DNA of 64,000 nt from positions 1-64,000 of the IMG/VR virus record IMGVR_UViG_3300017911_001490. One strand, given 5' to 3'. Each line of letters opens with the position of its first letter. Within the stretch, counting starts at the first letter, position 1. The DNA comes from a virus. Lineage: Duplodnaviria > Caudoviricetes. Shown piece after piece: positions 55,962 to 64,000 of this stretch. A program made the position numbers and the translations under genes. A model generated the notes under the pieces. It was given only the letters and a program-made list of their open reading frames with translations, was not told where the DNA came from and did no database searches.

Positions 55962-56734
55962 TGACTTGGAAGGAATTTAACGAGAAGGTACGCGTATTCC
56001 TACTCGTAGATAGTGAGCGTAAAGGTAGAGGTGTGCAGGAAAAGATAGATTCACTAATTGCTAATGCAGTTCGTGATTTATCTACTTATGTAAAAGAGCT
56101 TCGGGAGCATCAGTTTAAACACTATGCAGGGAATGATTTAGTCGAGCCCGATCCATTGGATTTATCGTCGGTCAACTCGGAGAACTTGGAAGTTCACAAA
56201 GGTATTTTTGGCGTAGCTAATGCACGCATCAAGCAGATCATCGTAAGAAGAATCCCCACAGCAGACAATGGGCAAGAGATTTCGCAGTACTTCTATCCCC
56301 AAAGGATTCCGTGGGAACATAGATTTAAACTTATAGACAGCAGTAATATGGAGAAGACCCAAGGTATGCCTGGTCGGATCGCATTCGGAGAAGGTAAGTT
56401 TTGGATAGCTCCTAAGGTGAGAAGTGATGAAGCATTATACCTATATTACAGCGGAGAACTCTCCTACACACCCATATACAAGGCACTAGAGAATGACAGA
56501 GATAGACCTGTTATATTAGACGAGATGGAGGCAAAGGCAGTATCTGATTATGTCAAAGCCGAACTCGCCAAGGATGTTGAGAATGATCTTCAGATGTATA
56601 ACGCATACATGCAAATGTATCAAAAGGAACGCGCTCAGATTTACATCAATCGCAAACAATACGAGACCCCAACCGATCAGGCAGGAGTGACCAGTATGCT
56701 AGGTGGGGCATTGGAGGAGACAACCATAGGATGA
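55958..56734 (+). CDS. Probable head-tail adaptor
   Basis: Position; helix-beta-helix pattern. Confidence 0.5.
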   Translation: MMTWKEFNEKVRVFLLVDSERKGRGVQEKIDSLIANAVRDLSTYVKELREHQFKHYAGNDLVEPDPLDLSSVNSENLEVHKGIFGVANARIKQIIVRRIPTADNGQEISQYFYPQRIPWEHRFKLIDSSNMEKTQGMPGRIAFGEGKFWIAPKVRSDEALYLYYSGELSYTPIYKALENDRDRPVILDEMEAKAVSDYVKAELAKDVENDLQMYNAYMQMYQKERAQIYINRKQYETPTDQAGVTSMLGGALEETTIG

Positions 56735-59541
56735 GCGTACAAGACCGAATTACCCTTAAATCATACTTTATGTCAGGTGCGACTCTTGATGAGTCGGACT
56801 TTGCAGACCTTATTGACTCAACCTTATTGGTCGAAGACTTGGTCACCGCTCTTAACTCAACATCCACAACCTTACCCTTATCGGCATCGGCTGGTGGAGA
56901 GTTAAACACCAAGATCACAGACCTGACCGCAAGGGTCACTACCCTAGAGGACGGGGAGAACACATTTGCTTCTGCGTATTACGACAAGGCTGAGGTAGAT
57001 AATAAATTAGACGGAGTAGATAACTACATCAATTCCTTGCCATTTGAGGAGCAGATCTCCCAACTTCAGATAGATGTCCAGAGTGCCATAAATACGGCAC
57101 AGACAAAATCTGATTCCGTACATAGTCACACGATCGCTGAGGTTACAGGCTTGCAGGAGTTATTAGATCAAAAGGCAACGATTGATGAACTCAATAGCGT
57201 CAAAAACTCCTTAATAGCTAGCATCAATGCCATACAAATTTCAGATGAAACTACAGAAGTGGGTTCATTGCAGACCGCAGTAGATGAAATTAATGCAACG
57301 ATTGCAACTCTCGCGACCAAGGCAGAGCTTAATGGGATAATTACAAGTGATGGGGAGGTAGACCTTAGTGGATACTACACCAAACCCGAGGTTGATACTA
57401 AGATTGACTATGTAATGGGGATGCACACCCAAGAGCTTCCGGTATCTAACATTACTGGGCTTGGAGATGAGATCGAAAATAAGACCAATATTTTGGTCCA
57501 AGATCACTCAGCTAGAACAGATAATCCACATAGTGTAACCAAGGGACAGATTGGACTCGATAAAGTCGAGAACATGACACCCGTAGAAATGGTAACCGCA
57601 GGGGGCGGGTTATCCACGGAACTAATTGATGCAGTAGATGCAAGGGTGACGGAACACTTAGCCGCAAGTAATCCACATAGCATCAATAAGACGCATATCG
57701 GACTCGATAATGTTCCCAATATAAATGTACAGGATCTACTTAATGATCATCTCTTGTCGACAAATCCCCACAATATCGACATATCAACCTATGACATTTA
57801 CACGACATCGGAGGCAGATCAGAAGATACAGGACTACATCACTGCAACCCGTTATGAATTTACTCCACTTACCAATGATGATTCTGCGGGAGAAGTGGGA
57901 GACTTTGCATACGACAATGAGAATCTATATTTTAAATCAAGACCAACAGAGTGGGTAAAGATTCCATTTGGTCCTGTCTATGTTGAAGAAATTGTCGAGG
58001 TCGAGCAGACCAGTACTGTAAGTGAGGAAGATATAAGTTCCGGTACACCCGTTCAGCAAGAAGCAACCCAAGAGGATGTGGATGCTGGATTGGCAACTAG
58101 CGTTGGTGAGACCATAATCATTGTTAAGGAAACGGTAATTGTTGAGCGAGTAGCTACTCAGACCGAAATAGATGATGGTACTGCCACTGAAGAGGTTGCC
58201 ACCCAAGAACAGATAGACGGAGGTAACACTACTGAAAGAGTATCAACTCAAGCCGAAATAGATGACGGTACGGCAACACAAACAACTGCCACTCAAGAAC
58301 AGGTGGATGCAGGACTCGCTACATCAGTTGGGGAGACTATCTATGTAACAAATGTTGTCTATGTGGTTCAGGAGCCTACCGAGCAAGAGAGATTAGCAAC
58401 CCCTGAAGAGACAACAGGTAATGTGGCAGAGGAGACAGTTGCTACCCAGGAGGATGTAGATGAAGGCAGAGCCACTAGCGTAGGTGAAACTATCGTTATC
58501 GTAAAAGAAGTTGTACAGGAAGTTGTACAATCAAGTGAGGTTACCATTCAGGAAGTTAGTAATATCCAGGTAACAGAAGACTTCGCCCTCGAGGACGAGC
58601 AGGGAACACCTCTGTTTCAGATCAGTGATGAGAATAATATTCTCCAGGCACCTACCACGATTGACAACTTGTCAATCAAACAGGACGAAATTGCAACACA
58701 AACCCCGCTCACGATTGATGCACCACAGGTAAATATTACCAATACCTACATAGATGGTGGTGAGATTACGAATGTTACCAATGTAACAACCACAGAGTTT
58801 ACTTCTGCAAATGCAGTAATAACCGACCTAAACACTACTGATCTGACCGTAAACAGACTTAAAGCTCAGAACTTTAAGCTCTTTGATCCAAGTCATGAAG
58901 CGACTGTTCGTTACGATTGGAGTGATGACAGACTAAAAGTTGATGATGGCAATGGTGAGAAGACATTTGCATACACAACTGACCAACCTGATCTATCCCC
59001 ATATGCATTAAAAGCAGACATTCCATCTAATATCGGACCAGGTAAAGGAGACGGATCAGATGGTGCAAATGTAACAGATACTGTTCTTGACGCTACCTCA
59101 GGTGGATTAGCTTCGGGATATGCTTTCACGGAGGGTGCAGGACTTTATGCAGATGACCCAAATCTTGCGGGAGATCAGGAGTACTGGACATACGAAACAG
59201 AGGGTATAGATACCACGGGCTTTGTTATTAACATCGGAGTGGGTGCTAATAATCCTAGCCTTAAATACAACTACCAAGATAGTAATTGGGAGTTCTTCGA
59301 TGGTAATACTGCTGTTGCGGTTCGAAATGGTGCATCTCTCACGGAGGAGGTAATTGACGCAAAAATTGCGGCAGTAGTTGACTCGGCTCCCGCCCAACTG
59401 AATACGCTAAATGAATTAGCCGCCGCCCTAAACGATGACTCAAACTTTGCAAACAATGTAACAAATCAGTTAAGTGACCTGCAGAGCCAAATCAATGCCC
59501 TTAGGACTGAGATTACTAGCAACCTTTATGCTTACGGGTAA
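56731..59541 (+). CDS. Tail fibre-like protein
   Basis: HxxxxNPH/GLxxVxN repeats, ATQ repeats, C-terminal APAQLNTLNELAAALNDDSNFA. Confidence 0.75.
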   Translation: MSVQDRITLKSYFMSGATLDESDFADLIDSTLLVEDLVTALNSTSTTLPLSASAGGELNTKITDLTARVTTLEDGENTFASAYYDKAEVDNKLDGVDNYINSLPFEEQISQLQIDVQSAINTAQTKSDSVHSHTIAEVTGLQELLDQKATIDELNSVKNSLIASINAIQISDETTEVGSLQTAVDEINATIATLATKAELNGIITSDGEVDLSGYYTKPEVDTKIDYVMGMHTQELPVSNITGLGDEIENKTNILVQDHSARTDNPHSVTKGQIGLDKVENMTPVEMVTAGGGLSTELIDAVDARVTEHLAASNPHSINKTHIGLDNVPNINVQDLLNDHLLSTNPHNIDISTYDIYTTSEADQKIQDYITATRYEFTPLTNDDSAGEVGDFAYDNENLYFKSRPTEWVKIPFGPVYVEEIVEVEQTSTVSEEDISSGTPVQQEATQEDVDAGLATSVGETIIIVKETVIVERVATQTEIDDGTATEEVATQEQIDGGNTTERVSTQAEIDDGTATQTTATQEQVDAGLATSVGETIYVTNVVYVVQEPTEQERLATPEETTGNVAEETVATQEDVDEGRATSVGETIVIVKEVVQEVVQSSEVTIQEVSNIQVTEDFALEDEQGTPLFQISDENNILQAPTTIDNLSIKQDEIATQTPLTIDAPQVNITNTYIDGGEITNVTNVTTTEFTSANAVITDLNTTDLTVNRLKAQNFKLFDPSHEATVRYDWSDDRLKVDDGNGEKTFAYTTDQPDLSPYALKADIPSNIGPGKGDGSDGANVTDTVLDATSGGLASGYAFTEGAGLYADDPNLAGDQEYWTYETEGIDTTGFVINIGVGANNPSLKYNYQDSNWEFFDGNTAVAVRNGASLTEEVIDAKIAAVVDSAPAQLNTLNELAAALNDDSNFANNVTNQLSDLQSQINALRTEITSNLYAYG

Positions 59542-62201
59542 TGACAAAGAGGTACAAGAACATAACCATTCATCCTGCTCAAGGTGGTGCGTTAATAGGT
59601 TCCGCCTCTGATGATGTACCTACCACGCAGGAATCAAACTATTTATCATCCTCAGCCAATTACACCACAAAGGTAAACTTTCGCAGGGAGACCGATGGTG
59701 AGTTAAGGCGGGAAGGATGGGAATTATTTAACCCGAAGGATACTAAGGCAGAGCTTGGGCAATGGGGTAATAATATTGGTTTTGATCCAATAGACGCTCA
59801 GTACCCTATCCGTGCGATCCACCAATTCCCTGGCACAAACGGAACTCCTGTTATGATTGCTATCGCGGGTGGCAAGGTATGGAGACTCCGATCTGCCGAT
59901 GCAAGTTATGCTCAGGATTATGGCGGAGGTAATAATTACTCCATGGGTCCTGACGGGAAGGAGTATTGGCTTGATGCAGATGAAGACTTTTATTGGGAGC
60001 AGATATATGAGTTCACTCGTCACATGGATGTGGTTGAGCCAAACGGATCACTTAAATCACCATTTGAGGGAGGTGCGTATCGTTGGGAAGTAGTAAATGT
60101 AAAGAATCATGTCGTTATCAATAACGGGGTGGATCTTCCGATAGTTTACAAGAGTGAGTGGGATGTGGCGGAGCCAATCTATGGTCTCCGTGAAAATGGT
60201 GTAATATCCGTGGGAACAGTAGCATCCTACCAAGACAGACTCTTCTGTGGAGACCTAACGGTAATAGTAAAAGGATACGACAAGTGGTTCACACAATCAT
60301 CCGACCCATACGGATACATATACGAGAGCAGTCTATACGGCCCTCAAGTAAATGTGGAGAGATACCAGTACCGAATGGTCTACTCATCCGAGGGCGACCC
60401 CAAGCTATTTAACTCAGGTATTATATCCCAAGATGCAGTAGTCATGGAATCGGGAGGTATTCCTGGTGTACTGACTGTTCACGCAGATGGATTATACGAG
60501 TTCACACCTGACTACAATTTCAAGATAGGCACAGAGGGGAGCATGTATAACTTGTACTCGGACGGGATATATCAAAGTGATGAGGCGTACACATTAAACA
60601 TGGTGTCTCCAATAGCGAATGTCTACCTAGAGGATCAGAAAACCATGGCGGTAAGTAGTATCTTCTTGGATATAAACGCAAACTCGGCGGGAAGCTATGC
60701 AACTGATGATGACCCGAACGCACCCGCGGACGCAAATATACCATACTCAACAGATTATGGACCCGATAATATTTATAATACCTATGATGATGACTACAAG
60801 GACTACTGGGAAACATGGACATCTTATAAGCTAGTCGATACGGAACGGGAGAACTTAGGTTTATCCAACCCCAATGATGGGCAACTACTCGATCCCGCTA
60901 CCTATACGGTGGTGCTTCGTCCGTATGTTGAGCAACTTAGATCACCTGCCGCATTTCGTGAGTTCCCCGAGGATGGTTCACGCATCCTCCGAATGAAGCC
61001 ACTTGCTGATAAATTGGTTGTGTATCGTGACTCAGGCTTCTTCTTCATGTCTCGCACAAATAGCACGGCATTCCCATTCGCGGTTGAGCCGAGATATAAT
61101 GGTGGTCGAGTGGCAGACTTTAGACATACGATAATAGATATAGACGGGAAGCAACATCTGTTCATGGGGAATAGTGGAATCTACGCAATCAATCGTACAT
61201 CCACCGAACCCCAACAGGTAAGTATGTTTGAGATCGGTCCTCCGTTTTGGCAACGAGTACCACCGGATCTCGCTGAGTTTGTGTATGCCGTGGATAATCC
61301 AGTGACTCGTGAAATATTCATTATGTGCCCTCTAGGTCTACTAGAGAATGAGCATGGTGATTATATTAACGAAAAGGGGGAGGTCATATACAGTGAAGCC
61401 AACTTTGACTACGCAACGACTGAAAGCCGAGAGCTTTATGCAGACGATCCGTACAAAAGTGGAGATCAGGAGTTTTGGAACTTGGAGCCTACATATCCGC
61501 CACAACCAAAACTAAAATGGGGAGTTATAGCGTACGACTATGTAAATAAGACCCTCTCCGAAATAGATGTCTCCTTCACGGCATGCGCATATATTCGAAA
61601 ACCAAAGCATAATAGAATTGGACCTGAGGAAGCATGGTTTGTAATGGGTGTACATCAGGCGGATGGGGATGAATATGTTTATCCTGGCACTCAGTATCGA
61701 GAGGATGCGGAGTACGGAGGAGTGCTTTGTCGCTATGGATACGGGCCACCCAAGGTAAATGAGCGTGAGCCATATAGGATCTACTCGAGATTGGGCAAAG
61801 GGTATGATTCTGTAATCAAGAGCGGACTGATTGATTTTGGTGACTCTTACTCAGATAAAGAATGTCGAGCCTATGTATTGGAACTATCCAGTAAGTATGG
61901 CACAACTCCTGTTCGTGTGAGAATTAGCACAAGCACCGCACCGCAGGGAACTGAGATCATTGAAACCATGCAGACAGTTGATGGTGAGGAGATAGATTAC
62001 GTGGAACTTAATAACCTCGTAGACGAAAACATGATACCTATGTATGTGCGGGCTCCCTACATTAGGGATGAGATCACTGTACTACCTGAGTATGACAACG
62101 AGGGAAATGTGGTAGATAATCCAATCAAGATCGTAGGTCGTACATTTGAGGTGAGTGGAGTAAGTACAAGAGCAACAACCCAAGCATATAATCAAGGATG
62201 A
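59541..62201 (+). CDS. Tail tube/nozzle (head-stabilisation type) beta-propeller-like protein
   Basis: 886-aa beta-rich protein; NGVD.P, DRLFCG, DKLVVY patterns. Confidence 0.6.
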   Translation: MTKRYKNITIHPAQGGALIGSASDDVPTTQESNYLSSSANYTTKVNFRRETDGELRREGWELFNPKDTKAELGQWGNNIGFDPIDAQYPIRAIHQFPGTNGTPVMIAIAGGKVWRLRSADASYAQDYGGGNNYSMGPDGKEYWLDADEDFYWEQIYEFTRHMDVVEPNGSLKSPFEGGAYRWEVVNVKNHVVINNGVDLPIVYKSEWDVAEPIYGLRENGVISVGTVASYQDRLFCGDLTVIVKGYDKWFTQSSDPYGYIYESSLYGPQVNVERYQYRMVYSSEGDPKLFNSGIISQDAVVMESGGIPGVLTVHADGLYEFTPDYNFKIGTEGSMYNLYSDGIYQSDEAYTLNMVSPIANVYLEDQKTMAVSSIFLDINANSAGSYATDDDPNAPADANIPYSTDYGPDNIYNTYDDDYKDYWETWTSYKLVDTERENLGLSNPNDGQLLDPATYTVVLRPYVEQLRSPAAFREFPEDGSRILRMKPLADKLVVYRDSGFFFMSRTNSTAFPFAVEPRYNGGRVADFRHTIIDIDGKQHLFMGNSGIYAINRTSTEPQQVSMFEIGPPFWQRVPPDLAEFVYAVDNPVTREIFIMCPLGLLENEHGDYINEKGEVIYSEANFDYATTESRELYADDPYKSGDQEFWNLEPTYPPQPKLKWGVIAYDYVNKTLSEIDVSFTACAYIRKPKHNRIGPEEAWFVMGVHQADGDEYVYPGTQYREDAEYGGVLCRYGYGPPKVNEREPYRIYSRLGKGYDSVIKSGLIDFGDSYSDKECRAYVLELSSKYGTTPVRVRISTSTAPQGTEIIETMQTVDGEEIDYVELNNLVDENMIPMYVRAPYIRDEITVLPEYDNEGNVVDNPIKIVGRTFEVSGVSTRATTQAYNQG

Positions 62202-62476
62202 ACATACCAGTCAGAACATTCAGTCGTGCAATCGAGGTAAAATTTTCTGAGGACGAGGCAGTCCCTGAAAGTTTGAGACCATGGTGGGCAGACACAAGAG
62301 ATAACTTGGAGAGGATCGTGGACAGGGTAAGTGACATCGAACAGGGAGAGACTTCGGTTGCGACCACTTCGGTTTCAGGAAATCTCACAGATAGGACAGT
62401 CGAAGACTTGTTTGATCCAGGCACGGAATTTTATAGTCAAGCGAGAACTGATTTTCTTAGTGCGTTACACGACTAA
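62198..62476 (+). CDS. Hypothetical virion protein
   Basis: ATGA coupling. Confidence 0.55.
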   Translation: MNIPVRTFSRAIEVKFSEDEAVPESLRPWWADTRDNLERIVDRVSDIEQGETSVATTSVSGNLTDRTVEDLFDPGTEFYSQARTDFLSALHD

Positions 62477-62485
62477 TAGTGTTAC
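62464..62485 (+). promoter_or_regulatory. 22-bp phage regulatory palindrome, copy 11
   Basis: GTTACAC-GACTAATA-GTGTTAC, 11 nt before the ATG at 62497. Confidence 0.7.
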
Positions 62486-62496
62486 AATTACAAACG

Positions 62497-62742
62497 ATGA
62501 GCATATTAGGTTTAATTGGTAAGCATCTTCGGGAGCTAAAAGTTGAGTTAGCAAACAAGACTCTAATTAGCCTAACTGATGTTAAAACCGCTAGACCCGG
62601 CAACTTGTCAGTTCTTCAATACAACGGTTTACAAAACCAATGGATATTTGCTCCACCTGAAGAGATCGGTGCGGTCGTGGACGGAGGTATTGCAGGTACT
62701 GTACACTTAACGGAACTTACGCTCGATGGAGGAGGTGCTTAA
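62497..62742 (+). CDS. Small tail-associated protein
   Basis: Ends LDGGGA; LTDV...VLQYNG..QW. Confidence 0.6.
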   Translation: MSILGLIGKHLRELKVELANKTLISLTDVKTARPGNLSVLQYNGLQNQWIFAPPEEIGAVVDGGIAGTVHLTELTLDGGGA

Positions 62743-62984
62743 TGTCAGTCTTCAGGCGAATACTCGTTCGCAGAGATACCGCTACGAATTGGGAGACAGT
62801 CAACCCTGCCTTGCACCAGGGCGAGATCGGTATGGATCTTACGAACAAAAGGCTAAAGGTGGGGGATGGTTTCAATAATTGGAACGACTTAGAATATGTT
62901 GATGACGCAGGACTAGATAGCATACGAGCCGAATACGGCGATGAAGAGACTTTTAAACTACATTTCGAACTACATAAAACTTAA
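62742..62984 (+). CDS. Mtd_N/hyaluronidase-N-like small tail protein
   Basis: RRDTATNWETVNP.L..GEIG.D.....KVGDG...WN.L. Confidence 0.8.
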   Translation: MSVFRRILVRRDTATNWETVNPALHQGEIGMDLTNKRLKVGDGFNNWNDLEYVDDAGLDSIRAEYGDEETFKLHFELHKT

Positions 62985-63003
62985 CCACTAACTAACTACT
63001 ACA

Positions 63004-63732
63004 ATGCCAGCTACAGATATATTAGGAAAAATAGGTGAAACAGTCGGAGGGGAAATTAAATCCCTACGCACAACATTAACGGGCGATCTCGCAACCAAGG
63101 TATCCCTTGGAAATGTACAGACGCAAGTAACTACTAACGCAGGTGCAATTTCGGACCTTGATACCGCAAAAGCATCAAAAGTATCCCTCGCCAACTACGC
63201 AAACGGAACAAGTGTATTCTCACTTCTCTCTGCCACGCGGGCTACTACCACAGGTGATGTAACCATTGGAGGAAACCTTACGGTTTCAGGAACGACCACT
63301 ACGGTCAACTCAACCACTGTCGAGGTAGAGGATAATGCTATTGAGGTAAACCTTCAGTCTGACGGAGCCGCTACTGCAAATACCGCAGGACTTATTGTTA
63401 ATCGTGGAGAAAATATTGATAAGGCTCAGTTCTTATTCGATGACACCGTTGACAAGTTTACTCTCAAAGTAGGTACTGCCTTAGGTACTCTTAATGTTGC
63501 CACCGTTGAAGCTGCTCTTACAGGGGATGTCACAGGTAATGTTACGGGTAATGTAACTGGTAATCTTACGGGCAATGTCACGGGCAATGTCACAGGAGAT
63601 GTTACTGGTGGCGTTACTGCGGGTGCAGGGAAAGTGGTTGCTGTTGCAAATGGCAATGGATTTACCATTAACTCAACTTCAATTGGAGATTACTCCACAT
63701 TCGAGACTGCTTTTAATACCGCCAAGGCGTAA
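63004..63732 (+). CDS. Tail fibre/spike protein with GNVT repeats
   Basis: GNLTVSGTTTTVNSTT; tandem GNVT/GDVT repeats at about 63523-63612. Confidence 0.75.
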   Translation: MPATDILGKIGETVGGEIKSLRTTLTGDLATKVSLGNVQTQVTTNAGAISDLDTAKASKVSLANYANGTSVFSLLSATRATTTGDVTIGGNLTVSGTTTTVNSTTVEVEDNAIEVNLQSDGAATANTAGLIVNRGENIDKAQFLFDDTVDKFTLKVGTALGTLNVATVEAALTGDVTGNVTGNVTGNLTGNVTGNVTGDVTGGVTAGAGKVVAVANGNGFTINSTSIGDYSTFETAFNTAKA

Positions 63733-64000
63733 TGACTGACATTCTCGCCCAGATTGGAAACAAACTGGGTGCTGAGGTCAAGCTACTTCAGGCTCAGATA
63801 GATTCCGGCACAGGAGGTGGTGGCGGGAGCGGTCATACGCACCCCGAACCTTCTGACGACTTCACTGAACTTACCTTCATTGGAGGTAAACTGCTTGCGA
63901 CCACAACATATACGGATAGCACGAAAGCTGTAGTAGTTAGTAGCAAGGCGTTCTCGTACAATTCGAGTGATGTGCTTACTCAGATTGTGGAGTCTGAGGG
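63732..64000 (+). CDS. Tail-associated protein, 3'-truncated
   Basis: MTDILAQIGNKLGAEVK...; open to the window end. Confidence 0.6.
   Translation, partial: MTDILAQIGNKLGAEVKLLQAQIDSGTGGGGGSGHTHPEPSDDFTELTFIGGKLLATTTYTDSTKAVVVSSKAFSYNSSDVLTQIVESE

Larger units (their letters stand above)
1..64000. mobile_element. Temperate tailed bacteriophage genome segment (podovirus-like)
   Basis: Terminase, portal, scaffold, capsid, tail, DnaB/SSB and integrase genes; no host housekeeping genes; dense co-directional operons. Confidence 0.95.

Noticed and set aside
62742-62984. Diversity-generating retroelement suggested by the Mtd_N-like domain
   Set aside because: No reverse transcriptase and no TR/VR repeat pair differing at adenines in this window; the remainder of the tail region is outside the window
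63523-63612. GNVT tandem repeats as a novel element
   Set aside because: Common low-complexity repeat of phage fibre and spike proteins
260-63668. The many 60-150 aa antisense or alternate-frame ORFs in the track nested in long genes
   Set aside because: Shadow ORFs with no motifs or start signals, inside well-supported genes
1-64000. Alternative genetic code or stop-codon recoding
   Set aside because: Core genes (terL, portal, capsid, dnaB, integrases) are full length in the standard code and use TAA, TAG and TGA as stops

Overview
The whole 64-kb window is part of one temperate tailed dsDNA phage genome with podovirus-like organisation (no tape-measure gene seen; both window ends fall inside phage genes). 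Left to right: (i) the 3' part of a giant virion/ejection-type polyvalent protein with zincin, GNAT and kinase modules; (ii) a leftward block of about 19 kb with many ORFans, a Nudix hydrolase, a clamp-loader-like AAA+ ATPase, a PRTRC ubiquitin-like cassette (E-C-F-B-ThiF, with no JAB protease or ParB), an SNF2 helicase, a TGT/DpdA-like base-exchange enzyme and a tyrosine integrase; (iii) a divergent non-coding switch region (about 28.9-29.55 kb) with a GNRA-rich structured-RNA candidate and a possible genome terminus; (iv) rightward Gly-rich and very basic small proteins; (v) a leftward recombination/replication block (SSAP, PD-(D/E)XK nuclease, RusA-like, initiator with iterons, DnaB, SSB); (vi) a second integrase whose stop codon lies inside a complete antisense tRNA-Thr(CGT); (vii) terminase, portal, scaffold, major capsid and tail genes. 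A 22-bp near-palindrome (GTWACAC-N8-RTGTTAC) occurs at 11 gene or operon starts across the window. In each case the better-conserved half lies upstream in the direction of transcription. All family assignments come from motifs read by eye; no database searches were run, and the host is not identified.
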